Assembly (NCBI GenBank): GCA_963779415.1 | Contig: CAVZYA010000001.1 | Location: 1,344,001-1,408,000 of the forward strand | Reading direction: 5' to 3' | DNA: 64,000 nt | Source: an uncultured Acidobacteriota bacterium | GTDB taxonomy: Bacteria > Acidobacteriota > Thermoanaerobaculia > UBA5066 | Part shown: piece after piece, positions 27,667-36,544 of the stretch | How the letters are laid out: each line of letters opens with the position of its first letter | Numbering within the stretch: position 1 is the first letter of the stretch | The notes under the pieces: model-generated | Told to the model about the DNA's origin: nothing | What the model saw: only the letters and a program-made list of their open reading frames with translations | Databases searched by the model: none | Translations under genes and position numbers: made by a program

Positions 27667-29537
27667 TCAGACCAGGTTCTTCAGCACGAGCGTGACGTCG
27701 CGCTTCCCGTCGCCCGAATTCACGCTCAGATGGATCTTCGTGCCGGCCGGCTCGGCGCGAAACCGCTTGCGCAGGGCAACCAGGGTCGCGTCGTCCACGG
27801 GGACGCCCTCCACGGCGACGATCGAATCGCCGGCCCGCAGGCCCGCCGCCTCGGCCGCTCCGCCGACGGTGACGTCGACCACCTTCAGGGCCGCGCCGGC
27901 GCGGTTGATCCACATTCCCGAACGGTCGTAGACGTCGGGGAGCGCGTTCCCCGCGTTCGGCTCGAAGATGATCCGCTTTCCCGCGTAGTCGAAGACGAGG
28001 TTGAAGCGCTTGAGCACTCCCGCGCCGACGTTTCCCGCCACGTACGGGTCGGTGAATCCCCCCTTCTGCTGCAGGCTCAGCTCCGTCACCGGCGAAGAGA
28101 TCGAGACGTCGGCCAGGCGCAGCTCCCCCGCCCGGACGATCAGTCCGCGCGCCGGCCCGCCGACGCCCCAGCCCGTGACGGCTTCGTAACGCGCCCCGAG
28201 CTTCTTCTTCAAGTCGTTCTTCTCGGCGAAGGGCTTCAGGAGGGAGAGCGACGCGCGGCTTCCGGTGTCGATGTCGAACTTGCCGGGGATGCCGTCGATG
28301 CTCCCGTCGACCTGCGGGATCTGGTCGTTGAACCGGAAGGGGACGATGATGCCGTGACCCTGGTAGGCGAATGCCGACGGCACGGTCAGCGTGAGCTGGC
28401 CGTGCTCGTAGTCGATCCGAACCACGAAGCGCTTGAAGACCTCGTAGCCGATCAGCCCCGCCTGCGGGACTCCCTCGACGTCGGCGAAGCTCTCCAGCGG
28501 GAAGACGGCGAATAGCTGTTTCCTGAGCGTCACGTCGCCCACCGAGAGCGACTCGAGGTTCACCAGCCCCACGTCCTCGGATTTTTCCCCCACGCCGCGT
28601 CCCTGAAGCGCCCCTTCGGGCTTCACGCCCAGCCTGGCCGCCAGCGTCGGAGTGATGACGTTGGACCCGCCCGTGTCGCAGAGGAACGTGAAGGGTCCCT
28701 GGCCATTGAGCTTCACCTTCACGTAGATGTGATTGTTGATCAGGTCGAACGGCAGGGTCGTGGCGGTCTTCCCCCCGGCAAACGCGAAATCGGGGGGCGG
28801 AGGAACGGGCATCCGGAACTTCGATTCGTCCAGGGGGACGTCGAACTCGACGCTGTCGATGGCGAAGATCTGGTCGTACTTCGTCTCGCCGTTCGTGGAG
28901 CGCCAGGCGAACGCGATCTTCTTGCCGTCGATCGCCCGGTAGTCGGAAAAGAACGTGGTCCGGGTCTCGATCGCCTGCTTCTCGACGATGTGGTCCACCA
29001 GCCATGTGGCGGTGTCGATCCAGATCTCGAAGAGCCGGCCCCCCTTCGGCGTGATCTTCACGGCCTGGAAGCTGCGGCCGCCCACCTCGTGTGTGCCGCC
29101 GTCCTCGACCGCCGCGGGCCAGCGATCCGGATACCAGTAGGCGAGGCAGCGGCGGTACGCCTCGTCGACCGCTCCCTCGACCTCGTCGCCTCCCTCCATC
29201 CGCTTGGACTGGCCTGAGTTGTCCTGCGTCCATCCCGACTGGCCGTCCCACCCCTCAGCTCCGGTGATGGGACCCAGCTTCAAGGATTCGTAGTGGCGGC
29301 CGGTCAAGAGGTCGTTGAACCTTTCGTCGATCCCCTTGAGCCCCCCGTCTCGATCCGGACGCGGCTGTGGGCCGAGTGCACCCCGTCCCAGGCGGAGCCG
29401 CCCATGGCCTCCTTCGACTTTGCCAGTGCGGCCGCGGGCGTCACCCCGGCCACGGCCGGGGCAGCCGTCAGAGCGAGGGCGAGGACGGCCCCGGCCAGCT
29501 CCATCTTCTGCAGCAACGACACCTCGACGATCGACAT
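27667..29537 (-). CDS. Exported aspartyl protease (two DTG domains) plus PDZ; frameshifted at the C6 run 29341-29346
   Basis: FLCDTGGS and IDTGSRAS, C-terminal PDZ (AGLRAGD); one extra G joins the signal-peptide ORF (ATG 29537) to LKGIDERFNDLLTGR. Confidence 0.85.
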
Positions 29538-29683
29538 CGCACGCCCTCCCTCACGGACGGAACTCTTCCTCCAGATCAACTCACCCACCCGTACGGGTTT
29601 TTCGGCCCGTCGGTTCTCCGCTTCGCGGACGGACCCGCCGCTTCTTGAGAGGCCTGGCCCGCTTCGAAGTTGGCAAGCTCGTT

Positions 29684-29790
29684 TTATCCACGCCTGTAGA
29701 GGTCGGTGCTCTGGTACTTCAGACCGGAGTCGGCCATAAGTGTCACGACCGTGGCACCGGGCCCCAGTCGTTCCGCCACTCGAATCACGG
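29684..29790 (-). pseudogene. C-terminal fragment of a cysteine synthase-family PLP enzyme
   Basis: IRVAERLGPGATVVTLMADSGLKYQSTDLY* is the CysK/CysM C-terminus; the rest of the gene is absent. Confidence 0.75.
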
Positions 29791-29852
29791 CCTCTGCCAT
29801 CCGGACCTTGACGCAGCCGGTTGAGTTCTCCTTCCCGGTCTTTCTCGTCTCC

Positions 29853-30656
29853 TCACCGGCCCAGGGTCGAACAGGCCTCTTCGGCGGCGGCCAGGAGGTC
29901 CTTGGCGGCGCCGGGGTCGATGCATCGGCGCGCGCAAATGGCAATGAGATCCCCCGCAAGCTCCACGCGAAGGAGCCCGCTCTGATGGGCTGCCTTCAGC
30001 ACCAGACGCAGAGCGGGTGTGTCGGCTCGGCGCTCGATCTCCCGGCACTGTCTCGCCAGCCGTACGAGTCCGGCACGCGCTTCCGCCGCCAATGACGTCA
30101 GGGCCGCGTCCAGACGGGGCCCTTCGGCTTGAAACGTCCGGTCGAAGTCAGCGTCCGACGGGTCCACGCTTCCGCTCCCCCGCGCCACTCCACCCTTCCG
30201 TTCCCAGAGACTCAGCCCTGGCCAATCGGCCCCGGGCACGCGGAGGACGGTCGCGGTCCGCATCAGCGTCTGCTTGCCGGACCGGCGGTTGAAGTCGGCC
30301 AGCCACACCTCTCTTCCGCCCGAGGAACCCTCGCAGCCCCAGAGCGTCTCGACGTCGGAGTTCGCGGGATCCGCAAAGACCGACAGGTGGGGAAAGAGGG
30401 CGGTCAGCGACGCGTTGTCGTCCAGGAGCGTGAACCCCGAAAGCTTCGCATACTGCTCCCACCGCGCCCTCCGGCCGAACCACCAGCGCAGGTAGACAAA
30501 CCCGAACAGCGCCGCCGGCGCAAGCAAGACCGCAATCCACAGCCATCCCGGCAGGGTGGAGACGAATTCGAATACGGGATCGACGATCTTCATCACCGCA
30601 CCGAAGAATCTCTCCACCCAGTCGATGAACCGCGCGAGCGCGTCAGGGAGTCTCAT
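29853..30656 (-). CDS. Hypothetical membrane-anchored protein
   Basis: 267-aa ORF, one TM, DADFDRTF motif. Confidence 0.65.
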   Translation of the reverse strand: MRLPDALARFIDWVERFFGAVMKIVDPVFEFVSTLPGWLWIAVLLAPAALFGFVYLRWWFGRRARWEQYAKLSGFTLLDDNASLTALFPHLSVFADPANSDVETLWGCEGSSGGREVWLADFNRRSGKQTLMRTATVLRVPGADWPGLSLWERKGGVARGSGSVDPSDADFDRTFQAEGPRLDAALTSLAAEARAGLVRLARQCREIERRADTPALRLVLKAAHQSGLLRVELAGDLIAICARRCIDPGAAKDLLAAAEEACSTLGR

Positions 30657-30698
30657 TCGACTGAGGCCCGATTCTGACCCTTCTCGCCCTTCAGCGCG

Positions 30699-31055
30699 TC
30701 ACGCCTTCGGCTCGGGCTCGGGGGATTCCGTCCTGCCCCACCGGTTGTTCAGGGCCTTGACGAACGCTTCCCGCTCCTCGGGAGTCATCCTTCCCCAGCG
30801 CCGTCGCATGTCGTACCGCCACGAGCCGCGACCGGAGCCGTGTCCGCGCAATCCTCCGAAGAGAATCCAGCTCAGCGCCATCAGGCCGAGGGCCTGCCAG
30901 TAGCTGATCTCATGCAGCCCGAAGATGCTCGGCATCAGCCAGTTCCAGAGCCCGTAGACCGCCCAGACCAGCCCGGCGAACACCATCAGGAAAACCGGCA
31001 GCAGCGCCACAAGTTTCGCGACGCGATGCACTCTCCTCGTATCCATGGTCTTCAT
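30699..31055 (-). CDS. Small membrane protein co-encoded with the ECF sigma
   Basis: LWNWLMPSIFGL..ISYWQALGL..LSWILFGG; MTPEERE; ATGA overlap with the sigma stop. Confidence 0.85.
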   Translation of the reverse strand: MKTMDTRRVHRVAKLVALLPVFLMVFAGLVWAVYGLWNWLMPSIFGLHEISYWQALGLMALSWILFGGLRGHGSGRGSWRYDMRRRWGRMTPEEREAFVKALNNRWGRTESPEPEPKA

Positions 31056-31621
31056 CCTCCTTTCTCCTTGAACTCGTCGTAAATCCTCTGGAGCCTGCGG
31101 CGCAGATGAAGCACCGCGTAGTGCTTTCGCGAGAGAAGCGTGTTCACGCCGACGCCGGTCTCCGACGCCAGCTCGCGGAAGCTCTTCCCTTCGATCTCGT
31201 GCGCGACGAAGACGTGGCGCTGTTCCTCCGGAAGCTCCGCCAGGGCGGCTTCCAGCTCGTCCAGGAGCACCCCACGCGCATAGGCGGCCTCCGGCCCGGC
31301 GTCCGGCGAAGGGAGCAGCTCTTCGAGCGAACCGATCTCCTCCTCTTCGTCATCCGAAGTGACCCGCGCCAGGGTCGACGACTCCGGCCGCTTCCTGCGG
31401 AACCGGTCGATGATCCGGTTACGCGCCACCCGGAACAGCCAGGCACCGACCTCCTCGATCGGCTTCAACAGGCGGTACGCCTCCACGAGTTCGAAGAAGA
31501 CGTCCTGCAGCAGGTCCTCCACGTCCTCGCGGTCGGGCACGCGCCTGCGGATGAAGTTCCGCAGCCGGCCCTGCTCGCGTTCGATCGCTTCGGCGATTCG
31601 CCGGTCCTGCTCGCTCATCAC
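31052..31621 (-). CDS. ECF RNA polymerase sigma factor
   Basis: EDLLQDVF, AWLFRVARNRIID, SFRELA..TGV..NTLLSRKHYAV. Confidence 0.92.
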   Translation of the reverse strand: MMSEQDRRIAEAIEREQGRLRNFIRRRVPDREDVEDLLQDVFFELVEAYRLLKPIEEVGAWLFRVARNRIIDRFRRKRPESSTLARVTSDDEEEEIGSLEELLPSPDAGPEAAYARGVLLDELEAALAELPEEQRHVFVAHEIEGKSFRELASETGVGVNTLLSRKHYAVLHLRRRLQRIYDEFKEKGG

Positions 31622-31657
31622 CCGCTCGAGGATCAGATCTTCCTCCTCTCATCGATG

Positions 31658-31683
31658 TAGACGGATGAGAAGGCTGGATATTG
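31658..31683 (-). promoter_or_regulatory. Putative ECF autoregulatory promoter CAAT-N16-CGTCTA
   Basis: ECF-like spacing directly upstream of the sigma gene. Confidence 0.45.
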
Positions 31684-31778
31684 TGAAAGGTGGCGCGCGG
31701 ACCACTCAGGGCGTCGCAAGAAGAATCGATGGGGTCCGACGCGGCCGCTGCCCGTGATCAGTCACCTGGCACCTGAAT

Positions 31779-31852
31779 CGCAACTTATCAGACCTGACCC
31801 CATCTGCTTCACTATCTAACCTGCGCACCGCAATCTAGCGGACCTGACCCCA
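31779..31852 (+). repeat. Two tandem transposon-end-like motifs CGCAA-N7-GACCTGACCCCA, 50 bp apart
   Basis: Copies at 31779-31802 and 31829-31852; the core equals the end of the Y1 element at 46485/47491. Confidence 0.8.
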
Positions 31853-31916
31853 CACCTCGCCGCTTTGACCTCGGGGAGGCTGGTGTTAGATTTCACGCTC
31901 AAGGGGGGACTTCTTC

Positions 31917-32624
31917 ATGAAGCGGTTGCCGTTCGCCGTCGGAGTTTCGATACTCGTGTTCGCGATTCCTGCCGCTGCGCAGACGGCCCGGGATGCCGCG
32001 CCTGTCACCGCCGTCCAGACGAAGGAGTCGCAGTCGGCGCTGAAGCCTGCCGACGCGCTGAAGATGCTGAGAGACGGCAACCAGCGCTTCGCGACGGGCC
32101 ATAGCCTCGGGCGGGACCTCACCTCGCAGGTGAAAGGGACCGCGAAGGGCCAGTATCCATTCGCGGCGATCCTGAGCTGCATGGACTCGCGCGCGCCCGC
32201 GGAGCTTGTGTTCGACCAGGGAATCGGCGATGTCTTCTCCATTCGGGTGGCGGGAAACGTCGTGGACGGGGACGACCTCGGAAGCCTGGAATATGCCGCG
32301 AAGGTGGCCGGCGTGAAGCTGATTGTCGTGATGGGCCACTCGAGTTGCGGAGCCGTCAAGGGCGCGATCGAAGACGTCAAGCTCGGCAACCTCACGGCGC
32401 TCCTCGCGAAGATCCGTCCGTCCGTCAAGAGCACGGGCGGGAAGGCGGATGCGAAAAACGACGCATTCGTGACGAAGGTGGCCGAGGCTAACGTTCGCCA
32501 CTCCATGAAGGAGATTCGGGAAAAGAGCCCGGTCCTCAAGGCGCTCATCGACTCCGGCGCCATCGGGCTCGTAGGCGCGATGTACGACGTCGAGACCGGC
32601 AAGGTGACGTTCTACTCGGACTGA
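31917..32624 (+). CDS. Exported beta-carbonic anhydrase
   Basis: LSCMDSR, RVAGN, GHSSCGA; signal peptide. Confidence 0.93.
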   Translation: MKRLPFAVGVSILVFAIPAAAQTARDAAPVTAVQTKESQSALKPADALKMLRDGNQRFATGHSLGRDLTSQVKGTAKGQYPFAAILSCMDSRAPAELVFDQGIGDVFSIRVAGNVVDGDDLGSLEYAAKVAGVKLIVVMGHSSCGAVKGAIEDVKLGNLTALLAKIRPSVKSTGGKADAKNDAFVTKVAEANVRHSMKEIREKSPVLKALIDSGAIGLVGAMYDVETGKVTFYSD

Positions 32625-33194
32625 GAGGCCGCACGGCAGCGGTTCGGCCCGGCCAAGATCGCAGGGCTCTTCGTCGGCTTCGCCGGGGCGGTCCTGGTGG
32701 TCACACGCGGCAAGCTCGGCGCGGGCCTGCTGGCGCTCCCGGCGACCCGCGGCGACCTCCTGATCCTCGCCAGCACGGTCAACTGGGCGCTCTACACCGT
32801 CCTCGGCCACTCGACCATCCGCCGTCTCGGCCCCACGCGGGCCACCGCCGGGACCATGCTCCTCGGCTGGCTGATGCTGGTGCCGCCGTTCGTCGCGGGC
32901 GCGGGCTGGAAAGACTACGCGCGCCTCTCGCCGGCCAGGTGGCTGGCGGTCATCTTCCTCGGCCTCGCCTGCTCGGGCCTGGGCTACCTGTTCTGGTACG
33001 GCGCCCTGGAGCGCGTCGAGGCCTCGCGCGTGGCCGCGCTGCTCTACCTCGAGCCCCTGGTCACCCTGGCCGCAGCGGTCGTGCTCCTGGGAGAGCCAGT
33101 CCCGATCACCACAGTGGCCGGCGGCCTGCTGGTGGTCGGGGGCGTGTTGCTTGTCCAGACCGCCCGGAACGCGAGCCCGCCCGTGTCCCCCTGA
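32625..33194 (+). pseudogene. 5'-truncated EamA/DMT transporter
   Basis: Begins mid-domain (RFGPAKIAGLFVGFAGAVLVV) directly after the carbonic anhydrase stop; YLEPLV, LLGE; its stop lies in CCTGACCCC. Confidence 0.75.
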
Positions 33195-33243
33195 CCCCGT
33201 TCCGACTCGAGGCGAGCCGTATCATCGGGCCGGGGCAGATCAA

Positions 33244-35112
33244 ATGAAGCGCCTCATCCCAGCAATCGCGGCCTTGACGGCTTCGCTCGCGCTCGCGCAG
33301 ACGACGGACATCAGCTCGTACCGCTTCGACTTCTCCCGCCTTTTCCCGACGCCCGAGGCGGAGAAGGCAGACCGGCACTCCCTCGAAAAGACGCTCGGAG
33401 CGCTGGAGGAGCTGCGGGGAAAGGTCGGAAGCAGCTCGCAGAATCTGGCCCGGGCGCTCGAGCTGCGCGACCTCGCGAGGACGCAGTTCTTCCGGCACTA
33501 CATCTATCTGAACCTGCGCGATTCGGTCGATACGTCGAACGCGTCGTGGCAGAGCGAGGCTGAGTCGCTCGACGACGAGGTCAAGGAGAGGACGGCGTTC
33601 CTCGATGACGAGCTTCAAGGGCTGTCGGACGATCTGCTGACGCGATTGGAGCGGGAAAGGCCGGAGCTGGCGCGGTACCGATTCGCCATCGAATCACTTC
33701 GACGCTACCGCGACCATCACCTCTCGGCCGCAGAGGAGAAGGTCTTCATCGCGACCGCGCCGCTCGGCCGCGACTGGCAGTGGGACCTGCACGAGCTGCT
33801 CGTCGCGCGAACGGATTTCGGCACGGTCAACGTGGGCGGAAAGCCCCTCGACGTGCTGCGCGACCGCCTGGCCATCGCGGCGGCCCCCGATCGCTCCGCG
33901 CGCGAGGAGGGATTCCGGAAGCGTTACGCCGGATTCGCCGCACAGCGCGACCTCTACGCGTTCGTTCTCAGGAGCCTGGCGGCATCGCGCAACGCACTGG
34001 CCAAGGTCCACCGCTTCGAGGACGACGCCGCGTGCCGGTACTTCGCCCGGTACTGGACGAAGTCCGATGTGACCAGCCTGCTCGAACGGGTCGCAGAGCG
34101 CGCCGAGGTCTACAAGGGCTACCAGAGGCTGCGCGCCGAGCACATCCGGAGAACGATGAGGTACGAAGAGGTCAACGCTTGGGACATGGAGGCGCGCCCT
34201 TCCGACGTGCTGGTGCCCTGGTTCGGCATCGACGAGGCCCGCGACATCCTCCTGGCGGCGACCGGGCCGCTCGGCACCGACTACCACGGCGAGCTCGCCG
34301 GGCTCCTCGATCCGGCCAGCGGCCGGATGGACATCGTTCCCGGTCCTCACCGCAGATCCGGAGGTTTCAGCCAGGGTTATGTCGGTACAGACAGTCTCTT
34401 CTTCAGCGGCGGCTTTACGGGCTCGTACAACGACGTTCGCGTCCTCATGCACGAGTCGACGCATGCAGTGCAGCGCCAACTAATGAACGCCCATCACGTC
34501 CTGCCATCCTATTTCGACGGTCCGCACTACCTCGCGGAAGCGTACGCGATCTTCAATGAGCTGCTCCTTGCCGACTACCTCTACGCGCGCGAGAAGGACC
34601 CTCTGCGACGCGTCTTCTATGCCGAGCAGTTTCTCGACGGGAAGGGAATGGCGGCCTTCGTCGTGGCGCCGGAGGCGGAGCTGGAGCAGGCCGTCTACGA
34701 CGGCGTCACACGCGGGACCATCCGGAACGCCGACGATCTCGACGCGCTGACGAAACGCGTCTACGGCCGCTACTCGATCTGGCCGGCGAGGCACGATGAG
34801 CTGAAGTCGCAGTGGGCGATCGTGCCGTTGATGTACGAAGACCCTTTCTACGACGTCAACTACGTGTACGGCGCGCTGATCGGTCTGCGCCTCTATGCGA
34901 TGTACGCCAAGGACCCGGTGGCGTTCGCCCCACGCTATGTCGCTGCGCTCCGAGAGGGCTACGACGCGCCGCCGGCGACCTTGCTGCTTCGCAATTTCGG
35001 AATCGACCTGAAAGGGCCGGGCCTCGTCGGCGATGCGGTCACGATTCTGGAGGCCAGGGTCGACGCTCTCGCCCGTGACTACGGCATCGACGTCCGCCCG
35101 CAGAAGCGGTAA
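33244..35112 (+). CDS. Exported M3B oligoendopeptidase F-family peptidase
   Basis: RSGGFS, HESTH (HExxH), AE..AIFNE, YVYG; signal peptide. Confidence 0.88.
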   Translation: MKRLIPAIAALTASLALAQTTDISSYRFDFSRLFPTPEAEKADRHSLEKTLGALEELRGKVGSSSQNLARALELRDLARTQFFRHYIYLNLRDSVDTSNASWQSEAESLDDEVKERTAFLDDELQGLSDDLLTRLERERPELARYRFAIESLRRYRDHHLSAAEEKVFIATAPLGRDWQWDLHELLVARTDFGTVNVGGKPLDVLRDRLAIAAAPDRSAREEGFRKRYAGFAAQRDLYAFVLRSLAASRNALAKVHRFEDDAACRYFARYWTKSDVTSLLERVAERAEVYKGYQRLRAEHIRRTMRYEEVNAWDMEARPSDVLVPWFGIDEARDILLAATGPLGTDYHGELAGLLDPASGRMDIVPGPHRRSGGFSQGYVGTDSLFFSGGFTGSYNDVRVLMHESTHAVQRQLMNAHHVLPSYFDGPHYLAEAYAIFNELLLADYLYAREKDPLRRVFYAEQFLDGKGMAAFVVAPEAELEQAVYDGVTRGTIRNADDLDALTKRVYGRYSIWPARHDELKSQWAIVPLMYEDPFYDVNYVYGALIGLRLYAMYAKDPVAFAPRYVAALREGYDAPPATLLLRNFGIDLKGPGLVGDAVTILEARVDALARDYGIDVRPQKR

Positions 35113-35308
35113 ACCGGCTCCGACCTCCCAGAGCCGACCGCAGAATCGGGCCGCGGAAGATGCCAAAGAGCTCCTCGCCGCCGGAGGTCTCGGTCAGGAC
35201 GTGGTCGTCCTCCGTCGGCTCCTCCTCCACGGCGATGACGGATTCCTCGAAGCGGTCCTTGAATCCCCGGAGCGTCGCCATGAGTTCCCCGGGCGGGTCC
35301 CGTGCCAC
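35113..35308 (-). pseudogene. Fragment of a zincin-like (DUF1025) metallopeptidase
   Basis: IAVEEEP......EELFGIFRG pattern; the HExxH half is missing. Confidence 0.55.
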
Positions 35309-35333
35309 TCAGTATCGCGACGCTCCAGTAGAA

Positions 35334-35479
35334 GGGGTCTGAACGCTATGTAAGCATACTGCAGAAATGGGACCTGACCCCAACGCCACTTGACCCCAAC
35401 GCCACTCGCATCTTCGACGAGAGTAATCCGCCGGCCGGAACACACGAGGCGTCGCTCAGCATCATTGGGGTCTGACCCC
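35334..35479. repeat. Cluster of GGGGTC/TGACCCC motifs: mini-element 35334-35381, 16-bp tandem duplication 35375-35406, palindrome GGGGTCTGACCCC 35467-35479
   Basis: Read directly from the sequence. Confidence 0.85.
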
Positions 35480-35487
35480 GCTTCCAC

Positions 35488-36462
35488 TTACACGTCATGG
35501 TGTTCGATGGTTATTACGACCTTACCTTTGGCATGTCCATCTTCGAGATAGCGGACCGCTTCAGCCACGTCGCCGAGCGGGTAGCGTCTGTCGATGACGG
35601 GAGCGACCTTTCCGGCCGCAAGAAGGTCGCCCAGAAAATCCAAGTCTTCCCTGGTTATCTTCGCGATGAAGAACGTCATCTTCCTGCTGTCGATCCATGA
35701 CAGCAGGGGTCCCAGGACCATTCCCTGAAGAATCTGGGGCCAGCCGCCTCCGACCATGACGTACGTCCCGTCCCGACCGAGAGCACGCCTGTAATCGAAG
35801 ATCGAGCGATGCGAGTTCGCGCCGATGATCAGGTCGTAACGAAGGCCGCTTCGCGTGAAGTCTTCCCGGGTGTAATCGATGACCTGATCAGCGCCGAGCG
35901 ATCGCGCCCTGTCCACGTTCCCCGTGCTGCAGACGGCCGTGACGTCGGCTCCGAACGATTTCGCGATCTGGACCGCGAACGTGCCCACGCCGCCGGACGC
36001 CCCCTCGATCAGGACCTTCTGGCCGGGATGGATGCCTCCCTTGTCACGCAGAGCCTGCAGCGCGCTCATGGCCGCCACGGGGACCGCAGCCGCCTCCTCG
36101 AACGAGAGGTTGGCGGGCTTCAGGGCCAGTTTGTCCTCGGCGGCACACGCATACTCGGCGAAGGCCCCCCGACATACGCCGAAGACCTCATCGCCCGGCT
36201 TGAACCCGGTTACGGACGGGTCAACCGCTTCAACCCGGCCTGCGACATCCACGCCCGGTCGTGTGATCTTCGGCCTGCGAAGTCCCCCGATCATCAGGCG
36301 GGTGAACGCGGGCTTGCCTCTCAGGAGGCGCCAGTCGAGCGGATTCACGGAGGCCGCCCGAATCCTTATCAGGACTTCGTGCTCCTTTGGGGTCGGTTCT
36401 TCGACCTCCGTGAGTTTCAGGACGTCCGAGGAACCGTATTCCGTATTTATGATCGCTTTCAT
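35488..36462 (-). CDS. NAD(P)-dependent MDR alcohol dehydrogenase/quinone oxidoreductase
   Basis: AASVNPLDW, GASGGVGTFAVQIAK, GHAKGKVVI. Confidence 0.92.
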   Translation of the reverse strand: MKAIINTEYGSSDVLKLTEVEEPTPKEHEVLIRIRAASVNPLDWRLLRGKPAFTRLMIGGLRRPKITRPGVDVAGRVEAVDPSVTGFKPGDEVFGVCRGAFAEYACAAEDKLALKPANLSFEEAAAVPVAAMSALQALRDKGGIHPGQKVLIEGASGGVGTFAVQIAKSFGADVTAVCSTGNVDRARSLGADQVIDYTREDFTRSGLRYDLIIGANSHRSIFDYRRALGRDGTYVMVGGGWPQILQGMVLGPLLSWIDSRKMTFFIAKITREDLDFLGDLLAAGKVAPVIDRRYPLGDVAEAVRYLEDGHAKGKVVITIEHHDV

Positions 36463-36544
36463 AAGCCGTTGTTCCTGCCATCTCTACTTCGTCTTAGGTA
36501 TAGCAGCAGTCTGACCCTACTTCTACGCTGTAATCTCGGCCGGG

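Noticed and set aside
32622-32640. TGA read-through or selenocysteine fusing carbonic anhydrase to the in-frame DMT fragment
   Set aside because: The carbonic anhydrase is complete at its stop, the DMT piece begins mid-domain, and no SECIS-like hairpin was recognised; an in-frame junction arises by chance one time in three.
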